A DNA stretch of 64,000 bases, from the NCBI RefSeq assembly GCF_009914755.1, contig NC_060935.1; one strand, 5' to 3'. The notes under the pieces are model-generated. The model was not told the DNA's origin. It saw only the letters and a list, made by a program, of their open reading frames with translations, and did no database searches. Of this stretch, positions 1-12,349 are shown in pieces (the first letter of the stretch is position 1; every line of letters starts with the position of its first letter). The translations under genes and the position numbers were made by a program. Source of the stretch: the human T2T-CHM13v2.0 reference genome, Homo sapiens.

Positions 1-39
1 TTTGTGTCTCAAATACCTCTGGCCTCTGATTTGCCCATA

Positions 40-244
40 GTCCTCATACAGGAAATAACAAGACTGTCCAGAATCTTCGTAAGCCTGGATTGCTCACCAG
101 CTTTCATTTCAGCTCCTGTAGGCATCTCCTGAATTAAGCAACACAGAAAAGTCCTCTGAAGTCACTGAATCCCATAAAGGCTCTCTACCTTTAGCACAAG
201 GGAGGTCTTCACCACTGGACAAAGAAGGAACGATAAGGGTAAGT
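40..244 (+). promoter_or_regulatory. Putative promoter / non-coding exon 1 of MRGPRX3 with splice donor AAGG|GTAAGT (GT at 239-240)
   Basis: Consensus donor conserved in unit C. The block is conserved in all four units (ETS-like AGGAAAT near 50). It pairs with an acceptor 25 nt before the ATG. The TSS is not defined. Confidence 0.6.
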
Positions 245-884
245 ACCAAGAACTCTCTTCTTCCACAGTCAGTTATGATTTTTGCTGTAAGATCATGTCC
301 TTATGCTTCCACCTTGGTGCTACATGCAGGGGGTCACGAGCTTGTTTCAGGAAAAGACAGGAGACATGAAGCTTCCTTTCAGAAACTGAGTGCTGTCAAC
401 CCAAACTGTGTGAGCTCTAAATGGTGTCCCCCCTTCTAATTTATCTCCCCATATCACCTCCTTCATTCCAATCATTCAATCTGCCCTCATGGAGAGACTG
501 CTGCCTCTTACATTCATTTAACGAGCAAGGGGACATGCAGGCATTTCTTCCCAGAGTTGAACTGCTATAGAGCCAGTTTCTTTGTTTCACTTACTTTTCA
601 AATTTATTCTTCTTTGCCTATCTGGAAAGGTCTAAGGAAGATATAGATGGCCCAATAATTAAGGAGTGTTTCATGAGGAAAGTATTTACAAAGATGCACA
701 GAGTTAAGGGTCAGGATCCTAAGCAGCAATACATAGGGGAGCACTACTTCCTCCCCTAGGCTGAAACGGACAGGGAAGGAGCAGTTACCATTGTCACTAT
801 AGCCATAGCTGTAGCCATAAGGGTGGGAGAGCATGAGCAGGCAAGTGGAGAAGCCCTGCGTGGCCAACGCACAGCCACACAGGC

Positions 885-1303
885 TGATATAGTTTGGATC
901 TGTGTTCCCACCAAAATCTCATGTTGATTGTAATTTCCAATGTTGGAGGAAGGGCCTTGTGGGAGATGATTATTAGATCACGGGGATGGTTTTGCATGAA
1001 TGTTTTAACACCATCCCCCTTTGGTATTGTTGTTGTGATACTGACGAGTTCTCATGAAATCTAGTTGTTTAAAAGCGTGTAGCACCTCCTCCCTCTCTCT
1101 TACTCCTGCTCTCACCATGTGAGACGCCTCGCTCCCCCTTTGCCTTTCACCAGGATTGGAAGCTTTCTGAGGCCTCCCCAGAAGCAGAAGCTGCTATGCT
1201 TCTTGTACAGTCTGTAGAGCTATTAGCCAGTTAAACCCATTTCCTTCATAAATTTCCCAGTCTCAGGTATTTCTTTTTAGCAATTTGAGAATGAACTAAT
1301 ACA
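885..1303 (+). mobile_element. MaLR solo LTR (MST-like)
   Basis: tgatatagtttggatctgtg...ccagtctcaggtatttc...actaataca, with 5-bp TSD caggc/cagac. Empty site in units B and D. Confidence 0.85.
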
Positions 1304-1768
1304 CAGACAGAGAGCCAGGAGATGGAAATCCCAAGGTGCTTTCCTGCTGTCTTCCAGTCTCCTGCTGGTGTCTCCCAGTGTCTCAATTCCACCAGAAACC
1401 AGAAATAAAAAGAATCCCACTGATGTGGTACATAGAAGCCACTCTCTTGGGATGTCAAACAGGATAAAGAAGAATGGAAAGCAAATCCTCATGGTAAATG
1501 AGACTATCCCTCTCACCTTCTTGTATCCTCCTAATTCCTGGGGCTTTCTCTATCTGATTGATCCCTGTCTCATTTCAGCTCTATCAGACTACTTTAATGT
1601 TTGGCTTGTCTTTCTCTACTGTCACTTTTATGCAGAAATGTTTGCATTTGTTAAAAATGCATAGAAAATAAAATGTAATTTTAAAAAGAACATATGTATT
1701 TTGTTTAGAATATAAGTTTGGCTGATCTAATAAAGACATGAAGAAGAAATATCTTAAACAAGAAAGTA

Positions 1769-2110
1769 TAGTTGTGCCTCTGGGTCACTAGGTTCTGAAT
1801 CTACAGATTCAACAAACTACAGGAGGAAACTTTTCCAAAAATAAAGGTGTGGCGGAGTTGTGTATGTACTGAACAGGTACAAACTTGTATTTCTTTGTCA
1901 TTATTTCTGAAAAACTACAATATAACAAGAACTTATATAGCATTTGCATTTTGTCAGTTATTCTAAATAACTTTAAATGATTTAATGTATCTGGGAGAAA
2001 GTGCATAGAGTATATACAAATACCACATATAAGGAAATTGAGCATCTGCAGATTTTGGTCTGTGCTGGGGTTCTGGAAAGAATCCCCTGTAAATACACAA
2101 AAATGACACT
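1769..2110. mobile_element. MER2-like Tigger-family MITE (paralogues at about 16910-17255 and 37840-38180)
   Basis: gtactgaacaggtacaaact...gagcatctgcagattttgg...gaatcccctg resembles MER2. Confidence 0.7.
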
Positions 2111-4659
2111 CTTCGAGATCTGAACTAGAAGCTCCAAAGCATCATACATCAGAATTCCAAAAATTGCTGCTCCCCAGTTCCTAGAGAGTTGCCCTCATCC
2201 TTGTGATCCTACATGGTTCCCAGCGACATTAGCATTCCAGTCTTATGGAAAAAGGACGAGGGGAAGGAGAGGCTTTGCTCCTTCTATTAATCCCATGAGC
2301 CAGGACTTGCTTCTGTCACTTTTGTGATTCTTCCACTTAACAGCACCTGCTCATGGGATGTCATCCAGCATCAAGGAAAACTGGGATGTGGGTCCTTGTG
2401 CTGCTTGTACATTCTCAGAAAGGTTATGTGACCAAAAAAGGAAATCTTGGGGCAACCAGCAGTCTCTTCAGCCCCTGACTGTCTCTGATTCTGTGCTCAC
2501 ATCAAGATTTTTCAGGAACTCCTCAGAAATAATAAATGGTGGGGCAGAGAACAGAACTGGAGTCTCGTGCAGGACTCCAGGGACCAGGGGCTGGTATTGG
2601 ACCTGCTCTTCATGTTGTGAACCAGGAAAACCCTTTAATTCTCTAGGCCTTAGCTTCATCTTATGTTATATGAGGATAATACCATAGACAGTCTTTAAAG
2701 AACATCATAGCATGTTAAACAACATGCTAAATGTTGGTGATACCACAGTGAAAAAGACAGGCATGACTTACTCCTTACGGATCTTCGGGTTTCATGAGGA
2801 AGACAAACATATCATACCATACCTATAGATGGACAAACAGTTTAGTGCTCTGAGTGTGGATAACAGAGGTTCTCCTTTTCCTCCCATTTCCTTTTTGGGC
2901 CAATCAGAGCTGTGGCAGCTTGTCTCCCTAAGAGAGCTCATGATGGATGCACTCACTCCTGATGCTCCTCTATACTCCCAGAGGAGGATGCATCTTCTTT
3001 CCACCTGGAGAGCTCCTGCCCATGTGCATTCTTGGGATTCCAGAGCAAACGTGGCCTCTGATAGGCAAAAAAGAACTCCTGAATTTGTTCCTAAATGGCA
3101 CGCACTCACCTCTATTTTTCCCTTATTTCATTTGCTTCTCATTCTCTATCTGGAGTTTGTTTAGGTTAATTTTTTTTTTCAGCCCACAATTTTGACTGTC
3201 AACTTGGATTTAACTTGAGAATCACTCCTCTACTTTACCCCCCTCTAACATGTATAATCGACACATAGTGGTGCTGGGTCCAAAGGGCTGGTGAAAAAAT
3301 GGATCATGAGTCAGCCCTGCTGGGCTCACATTCATACTATATAATATATAACCCCCCGGACAAATAATATCCTCTCTTTATACTCTAATTTCATTATCTG
3401 CAATACAGGAATAATACTAATTTTTACCTCCTAGGCTCTTCAGATGATTAAAAGAGGCAATACCTAATAAACTGTCAATCAGCTGCTGTTATTCTCCCAA
3501 ATTAGACCTAATCCTCATTCTCCAGTTGAAATTTGCATGAATATCTCTCTTTACAACCCAAGCCCTACACTTCTCCTATTTCCACTCATGGACTCCTCTC
3601 ATACAAATGTTTGCATCAACAAAGAAATGCTACCAAAGATCTCCCGAAAGAGAGAATGAAATAGGTTTACATTGTGTATACTCAGCAGAACACTTAGTAG
3701 TCCCCCATACATATTCCCACACTTCAATTACCTGCTGCAGTGGCACTCAGGCTCACCCTCACTTACTCTTTCCTCTGTTCTATTGCTGAGCAATTCAGCT
3801 CAGACCCACACCCTACCCAAACACTGTGTACAAAATGCTTCTAGGGGTTCGGCAAAGCCACACTGAGTCCTTATTTTAAAGGCACATCAGTGGTCAATTT
3901 CAGGTTTTGGGCACTCATCAATCATTCTTCTCAACACAGATAGAGCTGTCCACAAATAGAATTCTGATGAATGAAATTTTCTTCATCTAATTATATGTGT
4001 GTGTTCTAATGCCTTACATTGTGCTTTCATTTTTATTTTCCATTTCATCCAAATCTACCATTGCCATTAGGCTTCTCATGCATGCATTCCTTCATTGAAT
4101 GAACGTTTATGAAAAGCACATTGTGCTGCTTATGGAATAGGCACTAGGAGTATAAAATGTAAAATGTGGTCCTGTCTGCAATGACTGACACACTGAGTTA
4201 TTTCTCACCCACCAGGTCCCGCCATTTTCACACATCCTAGCGAAGATCCCATTTTCCTCTGGTTCATAATGCATGATCTTTTTTCCTGTCCAGAGATGAC
4301 CAGTCCTGGTCATGAGGGTGTCACAACCACCTCTTTGTGTATCTGAATTCCTCCACCTGAGAGAAAATTTCAGGCCCAGGATAGAGTAATCATCGGGTCC
4401 ACAGCACTGGCTAGATGAGTGGGGGTGTTTTGATCCTAATGTTATCCCCATGTCAGCACAGAACTTGTGTGGCAGTAGAGAGAGGTCAGGCTTCAGAGTC
4501 AACAAGAACTGGATTTCAAACTGGATTTGAGGACCCCCACCTTTTGATAGGTGACTTATTCTCTGCGAGTCTCTGATCTCTCCTCTTTAAATGAGGACAG
4601 TAAATCCCACATGGCAGGGTGGTGGGGAGAATCAGAGATCAAACAGCTGGTGATCACAT

Positions 4660-4676
4660 CTGGTTTCTGTTTCCAG
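4660..4676 (+). other. Putative splice acceptor for the MRGPRX3 coding exon (tggtttctgtttccAG)
   Basis: Pyrimidine-rich tract plus CAG, 25 nt upstream of the ATG. Equivalent sites at 40729-40730 and 20751-20752. Confidence 0.7.
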
Positions 4677-4701
4677 GGTCATCAGACTGGGGTTTCTGAG
4701 C

Positions 4702-5670
4702 ATGGATTCAACCATCCCAGTCTTGGGTACAGAACTGACACCAATCAACGGACGTGAGGAGACTCCTTGCTACAAGCAGACCCTGAGCTTCACGGGGCTG
4801 ACGTGCATCGTTTCCCTTGTCGCGCTGACAGGAAACGCGGTTGTGCTCTGGCTCCTGGGCTGCCGCATGCGCAGGAACGCTGTCTCCATCTACATCCTCA
4901 ACCTGGTCGCGGCCGACTTCCTCTTCCTTAGCGGCCACATTATATGTTCGCCGTTACGCCTCATCAATATCCGCCATCCCATCTCCAAAATCCTCAGTCC
5001 TGTGATGACCTTTCCCTACTTTATAGGCCTAAGCATGCTGAGCGCCATCAGCACCGAGCGCTGCCTGTCCATCCTGTGGCCCATCTGGTACCACTGCCGC
5101 CGCCCCAGATACCTGTCATCGGTCATGTGTGTCCTGCTCTGGGCCCTGTCCCTGCTGCGGAGTATCCTGGAGTGGATGTTCTGTGACTTCCTGTTTAGTG
5201 GTGCTAATTCTGTTTGGTGTGAAACGTCAGATTTCATTACAATCGCGTGGCTGGTTTTTTTATGTGTGGTTCTCTGTGGGTCCAGCCTGGTCCTGCTGGT
5301 CAGGATTCTCTGTGGATCCCGGAAGATGCCGCTGACCAGGCTGTACGTGACCATCCTCCTCACAGTGCTGGTCTTCCTCCTCTGTGGCCTGCCCTTTGGC
5401 ATTCAGTGGGCCCTGTTTTCCAGGATCCACCTGGATTGGAAAGTCTTATTTTGTCATGTGCATCTAGTTTCCATTTTCCTGTCCGCTCTTAACAGCAGTG
5501 CCAACCCCATCATTTACTTCTTCGTGGGCTCCTTTAGGCAGCGTCAAAATAGGCAGAACCTGAAGCTGGTTCTCCAGAGGGCTCTGCAGGACACGCCTGA
5601 GGTGGATGAAGGTGGAGGGTGGCTTCCTCAGGAAACCCTGGAGCTGTCGGGAAGCAGATTGGAGCAGTGA
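4702..5670 (+). CDS. MRGPRX3: Mas-related G protein-coupled receptor X3 (322 aa, single coding exon)
   Basis: Intact 7TM ORF with Mrgpr motifs ([33 protein letters not shown]). The N-terminus [26 protein letters not shown] and C-terminus ELSGSRLEQ match MRGPRX3 as I recall it. Confidence 0.96.
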   Translation: MDSTIPVLGTELTPINGREETPCYKQTLSFTGLTCIVSLVALTGNAVVLWLLGCRMRRNAVSIYILNLVAADFLFLSGHIICSPLRLINIRHPISKILSPVMTFPYFIGLSMLSAISTERCLSILWPIWYHCRRPRYLSSVMCVLLWALSLLRSILEWMFCDFLFSGANSVWCETSDFITIAWLVFLCVVLCGSSLVLLVRILCGSRKMPLTRLYVTILLTVLVFLLCGLPFGIQWALFSRIHLDWKVLFCHVHLVSIFLSALNSSANPIIYFFVGSFRQRQNRQNLKLVLQRALQDTPEVDEGGGWLPQETLELSGSRLEQ

Positions 5671-5955
5671 GGAAGAACCTCTGCCCTGTCAGACAGGACT
5701 TTGAGAGCAATGCTGCCCTGCCACCCTTGACAATTATATGCATTTTTCTTAGCCTTCTGCCTCAGAAATGTCTCAGTGGTCCCTCAAGGTCTTCGAATAG
5801 ATGTTTATCTAACCTGACAGTTGCAGTTTTCACCCATGGAAAGCATTAGTCTGACAGTACAATGTTTGGATTCTCCTTGATATTACCAATACATTTTCCC
5901 TGTTATCTTGCACTGAATCTTTCCTACTGAACACTTTTTCTGCACTTTTCATTGT

Positions 5956-5961
5956 AATAAA
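5956..5961 (+). terminator. Poly(A) signal AATAAA for MRGPRX3
   Basis: Canonical hexamer about 285 nt after the stop, followed by T-rich sequence. Confidence 0.65.
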
Positions 5962-6654
5962 AGGAGTTGCTGTCCACAACCCTAAAACTCTTCTTTATAC
6001 TTGTTTCCTACCTGATAGTATCAAAAAGGAAGATTCCTTATTAATCTGTCAGACTATGTTCCCCTGAAAATCATGTTCCCTTCTATGACTGGAGGCATTA
6101 CTGCAGTTGGAAGCTCAATTCTTAATAAGTGAGTTCTGCTACCTCTAAATTCCATTGAATTCTCAGATATAAAGCAAAATAATGACCTTAGAGAGAGATT
6201 CTCCCTTCATAAAAACAGTCTTAGAAATTGGTTTTATGAATAGCCCTCTCCTGTCATTTGTCCACAGCATGGTGACATGTTGGCCTTGGTTTCTAGTAAA
6301 GATCACCGTGGCCCCTTCCCCTTGAGAACTGGTAAGTTCTTATTTAGCTCTTCCTGGACTAATGAACTAGTGAGGAGCCTATAAATATGTCCCACCAGTT
6401 TCATTTTGGCCATTGGAAACCTCAATATTGATTTTAAAGTGGAAATTATCTTGAAAACCATTTATTATTCACTTACAGATTCTTTCAGTTGTAGGAGAAT
6501 TCTTCATACTTCCAGGTTTTGTATAAATTGTTCTGATTGTAACTTTCAGTTAGTTTTATGGCTGTTTACATGAGAAGCAAAACTGAAAACATCTGACCTT
6601 TCCATGACAATCTCAATTATGGTATCTGGATAATAACTTACAGTTGGTACAGAA

Positions 6655-7000
6655 TTCTGATACATGCTGTGACATACATGAACCTGGAAATATTGTGCTA
6701 AGGAAAATAAGCCAGACGCCAAACAATATTGTAAGTTCAAATTCTATGAGGTATCCAAATTAGGAAATTCTTGAACACAGAAAATAAATTAGGAGGATCC
6801 TGGTGCTGGAAGATGGAGAGAATGTGTAGCCATTATTAAATGAGCACAGGATTTCTGTGTGGAATAATGAAAAGTTTTTAAAAGGGACAGTGGTAACAGT
6901 TACGACTTATTGTGAATGTACTTACCTACACAGAATTGGACAATTAAAATGATTAAAGTTGTAAAATGTATGTTATGTAAATTTTACCACAATTTAAAAC
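6655..7000 (+). mobile_element. Old L1M (L1MB-like) 3' fragment (paralogue about 42715-43060)
   Basis: tacatgctgtgacatacatgaacctggaaa...gttatgtaaattttaccacaatttaaaa is a typical L1M 3' end. Confidence 0.65.
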
Positions 7001-8151
7001 ATTTAATTATAAAAGGAGGATCAGTACAAAATTCAGGACTATTCTCCACCAGTGGTTATCCCTTCCACAGATAACTCAAGCAGACAGAAGAGACCACCAA
7101 GAGAAGATGTGACCTCACAGTGGACTCTGTGCTGCTCACAGTGAGGCTGCCCCTCAGATTAACCCTCACTGAGGGGAGCTGACACATGCAATTTGAGTTT
7201 GCAGGAGGCAGTACAAAGCAGCTATGAAAGTAATAAAGAGGTCTATACTTTTCCATTTTTCAAACCATATTTATTGGTGGCTCTTATCACACTGTTCACA
7301 ATGTTGAACTCAGGTCCCCTGAGTCCAGATCTATTGCTCTTCCAGGCCTGGCATTCTGCTGATGCTCAATCCTATCTGTCCACCCTCAATTTCCAAATGC
7401 TGTAGTAGGACGTAGCTGTAGTTGAGAGTTTCCTACAGGTGACAGGAAGCAGGAAAGCAGTGTTTGCAGCCAATGCTCTGGGCCAGGAGCTTTGCTGTGA
7501 TGTCTTTAGTTCAGACTGAGGGTTATTGAGAGAGTCCACTCTGGAAGTCTGTGATATCAATTGTACAGTTTTGGCTAAAGATATTGTCTATCATGAGGAA
7601 TTCTGCAGAGAATTTTCACCTGGCAATTGAATCAAATCATGTTGGTTCTCACCTGCGATTCTGCTTATTTTGATGTTAGTGACATTCTTTTTCTTTTGAT
7701 AGGAGAAAACTTCAACTTCATGAAGGCTTAGATTCTGTCCCTGAAGCCCATTCTGAACTCACTTGGCCTCACACATTGCTCCACTACAGCACTTATAACA
7801 GTGTACTTCAAATATTTGTCCTCACATCTTTCTCTTCAACCGCACCCTGAGGTCTTTAAGAGCAGAGAAACTGTCTTGGAATTTCTAGTGCAACAGACTA
7901 GGTGTGGAATTTAGAAGAGTGTTGGTAACTATTTCTCTCAAGCAGCTCCTACCTGAAAATCACAGGGTCATCCAGCATCTTGCAAAGGCTGGCTCAGTCA
8001 CCAGATCTCACTGGAACTCCTACAGGAACCTCCCACTCAACAGAGTGTCCTCTGCAGTTGGTCGTTCTGAGAACAGCTGTTCCCCTTCATTGCAGGTCTG
8101 CTCACTGCCTCTGGGAAGAAGAACGGAGGGGATGTGGGAATCTGCTCATGA

Positions 8152-8644
<493 letters not shown>

Positions 8645-11150
8645 TGACTATTTTTTAGGCATGAATTCAACAAACTTTCACACCTAACTCATCAAGCATT
8701 GTGCTAATTCTACATAAAAGCAAACACCTTTCAAATAAGTCTCTCACTAATACATCCTATCTCTATATCCAATCCTTTCCACTTCATGAAGAAAATATAT
8801 TTATTGATGCTGAGCAAATGCTGAGCCTTCGTAGCCATTCACTGATGCTCTAGTACACCTGGGCTCAAGGGCACTGAGTCATCAGCCTCACAAGAATCAA
8901 TTGGATCTGTTTCCTGTCTTGCTTTTGCCAATTAGACTTGTCAATATAATTACCTAATTTATCAAAATACACCACAAATCAATGAAATACCAGTATGAAA
9001 GAAGAATTGTGGTTTCCATACAAATTAATGTGAATGCTTAAAGGGACAATAAAAGCAGGTTCCAAAATTATTGTTAGTTTAATAGGTGTGAGTCTTCCAA
9101 CTCTACAAGATTAAACAAAAATGAACAATATTGAACAATATCCTCAGAGAGAATGCTATGTATTTGATGCTAAGATCTACACTTAAACTAATCCACACTG
9201 CAAATCATAGACAATGATTGATAGATATGCTTTCAGCAAGATAGAGTAGAATTCTATTTGCTGAACCCTACACAAAGGAGTGTTCTGTAGTCTAGTTCTA
9301 TTATAGTGAATGAATTCTAGGTAAAAATGAAATATTCATGTTACAAACATATCCTTTTTTATGAATACTGATTAACAGACATTTTCAGTTAACCTATCCA
9401 CTTGCATTCCTGAATATATCATTAAGTGGGCTTTTCATAACAGTATCTCTCACTTATTCTACTGTTTATTGTATAAATACATACTGAGCATCTTCTATTC
9501 TCTAACTTGCATGCCAGACACTTAAGGAGTCAAAGTAAACACACCTACATTCACAGAGCGCACAGCCTGTGAAGGAAGGACACTAGTGCAGGAAAGACTG
9601 CCTCCCAGTGTGACACATGCTATCCAAGAGTTGTACTTGTGGCTCAAGGGTGCTCAGAGGAGAGGGTATCTAAAAATTCCAAGTTATCTTACTGCCATCC
9701 TGAAGAGGAATGCCACCCCCAAGCACCCAGCTGAAGCAGGGCAATACGACTCCAATAAATTAGAGAACGTTCACCAGGTGGCTGCTCATGCGGGACAACA
9801 ATCTCAACAACGGTTTTATAATTGATGACATCAAAAGATTAATAGGCTGAATCTTACAACAGCCCTCAGTCTATAGTCCAATATCACACCAGTGCACAAT
9901 TCCAGAAAAGATTTTCAACAGACACTGCAGGTGCTTGGGTCACAGTCATTGCAGAACTACCTACTACCATTACCCTGTGTTCCAGCAGAAGAATCCCTTA
10001 CCTCAAGGCAAACCCAAATCAAAGCATCTAGAAATCTTAGAATACAGAAGGGTGCAGAATATGCAAGTGCTAAAATGGGAAGAACATGGACATAGTTTCA
10101 GGGATTTGGGATTCTCAAGCTGACTGCATGGCCAACATGAGTCACATGCTCATTCCAGGGAAACCAAGCAGATAGTGAGGTTATGGGATTGTCCCAGTCT
10201 GAAACTGTGCCATTCGTGCATTTGTGCTCAGGTATCTCTTTTCAGAATATGTGGGCAAGGTGTGACTTTGCCATAAACATGGACTGAAGATAAGTACTGT
10301 TATGATCCAGACCGCCTGAGAAATTCGTGTCTCTGCACAGTGACTATAATCACAGTCAGCATATATTCTTCTCACCTATGTGGCAGTGACCTAGAATCCA
10401 AAGAGACTGCTGTGATGCTTTTCTGTATGACGGTGTGGTATCCACTGGGCACCGTTATTGTCAATGTACCAATGCTGACTATAGATATAGATGGCATTTG
10501 TTTGCTGTTATCTAACAACAACAGCAGAGTATAGAAGAAGAAATCTCAATGCTCATGCCCATCATATTGGTCCAATTCTTCTGAAACCTTGCAGGATGCA
10601 AACACAAGGAAGGAGAGAAGAGACACAGCAGATCTTATTCCTAAGTGTGTATGTAGAAGTGAGTGGATCATGGAAGGCTTCGTGTAATAGGTGGAATTTT
10701 AACTGATGACTACAATTTACCCAGCATTATTATTATAATTATACCCTCTGTAAATTTTTCCAGTCACACAAATTTTTGTATTAGGGAAGGAGAGATAAAT
10801 AGGATCTGGACAGATGGAAATAGAAGAAGAGATAATTTACAGTGGCACTGTTAATAAAAGCGTACAGTTTTTTAGGGAATGGTGAATAATTCATACATGA
10901 GTTTTATTCCTTGTATCACCCCATGTATCTGGTCATGGTGGCAAGATCCCTCTTAAATAGAATCACAAGGCTGGAGTGCTCTGAATAATGAACATTATCT
11001 TTTGTGGCCTTGAAGTAGTAGGTGTTGGTGTTAATTTTGTGATATTCGTAGGAGTGAACTCTATAATAATGTAAAGTCCAGAGTGGGCCAGGCAGGTCAG
11101 GCCAACAGGACAAGCCACAAAGTCAATGTCCTGCTCTCCATACCCTCCTC

Positions 11151-11261
11151 CAGCCCTCCAGGGTCAGAAGGCATATGTGCAGCCCTCCAGGGTCAGAAGG
11201 CATATGTGCAGCCCTCCAGGGTCAGAAGGCATATGTGCAGCCCTCCAGGGTCAGAAGGCAT
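11151..11261 (+). repeat. 29-bp minisatellite, 3.8 perfect copies of cagccctccagggtcagaaggcatatgtg
   Basis: Direct reading: copies start at 11151, 11180, 11209 and 11238. Confidence 0.97.
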
Positions 11262-11929
11262 TCATAAAAGATAATAAAAAGCATGGGGTTAGCGGGGGAA
11301 GAACAAAAACAGTGGAAGGCAGCCCCTTCTCTGGAGCAGCATTTTTACCTGCAAAAGGCCCACATTGGGAGTAAAGGAGATAGTTAATCTTTGAGTTAAT
11401 TTTAACATTTTATTTTTCACATAAAAATTTAACTCTAAACTTTTGCATAGCCTTGATATTGGTGCTAGGTTAAGAGTTGGTAACCAGTCGTCCAAAATAT
11501 CTCTATTCAAATTCTGTGTGTCATCTTGCACCTCTTTTGTAATGTAGTATCTATAGTGTGTTGATATTTAGCTCAGTACTCCTGGTTTAATATCCTGATA
11601 CACGTGTGAAAGAATAATACATACCAACCTGAGAAGTTCTAAAGAAGTTGATGAGAATTGTCATTCCCTGTCCAGGTCCTCAGGCACACTTACCTTCTTA
11701 TCAAATTCATATACAGTCACTAGTGAGAGTAGAGATGCAGGATTCAGCCTTTAATTGTGTCTGTAAAAGTTTATATACTAATTGCAAGAGAAATTGGAAG
11801 CAAATATGATAAAAATTTAATATGTGCTCAATTTTGTGGTAGGTGTGTGACTCATTATTATATCATCTTCTACCCTATGTCCCTGGCTTGCAAACTTCCT
11901 TCCAGTACACCCCATGTCCTCATTCTTGG

Positions 11930-12288
11930 TTGATTAGTCTGTTCTCACCCTGCTAATAAAGGCATACCCAAGACTGGGTAATTTATAAAGGAATGAGGTT
12001 TAATTGACTCACAGTTCTACATAGGTGGGTAAGCCTCACAATCATGGCGGAAGGCGAACGGGGAGCAAAGTCACATCTTACATGGCAGCAGGCAAGACAG
12101 CACGTGCAGGGGAACTCCCCTTTACAAAACCATCAGATCTTGTGAGACTCACTGTCACAAGAACAGCATGGGAAAGGACCCCCCCATGATTCAGTTATCT
12201 CCCACCAGGTTCCTCCCATGACACATGGGAATTATTGGAGCTGCAATTCAAAATGAGATTTGGGTGGGGACACAGTCAAACCATATCA
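11930..12288 (-). mobile_element. THE1-type MaLR solo LTR
   Basis: attagtctgttctcaccctgctaataaaggcatacccaagactggg...ggggacacagtcaaaccatatca. Confidence 0.85.
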
Positions 12289-12349
12289 CTTGGTGACTTC
12301 AATATCTATGGAGGTTATCCATACAAAGAAAAGGCCTTTCAGTTGTTTT

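Noticed and set aside
4140-4200. TATAAAA plus TGACTGACA conserved in all four units as the main promoter
   Set aside because: It lies in an L2-like remnant inside the inferred intron. An alternative TSS is possible but cannot be supported from sequence alone.
4551-4757. Overlapping upstream ORF at the MRGPRX3 start
   Set aside because: GTG start upstream of the splice acceptor, so intronic in the spliced transcript.
5016-5402. Antisense 128-aa ORF repeated at 41070-41456 and partly at 21314-21496
   Set aside because: Shadow of the GPCR coding strand; its conservation follows from the sense CDS.
11151-11261. 29-bp direct repeats as a CRISPR-like array
   Set aside because: Head-to-tail with no spacers, in primate DNA; it is a minisatellite.
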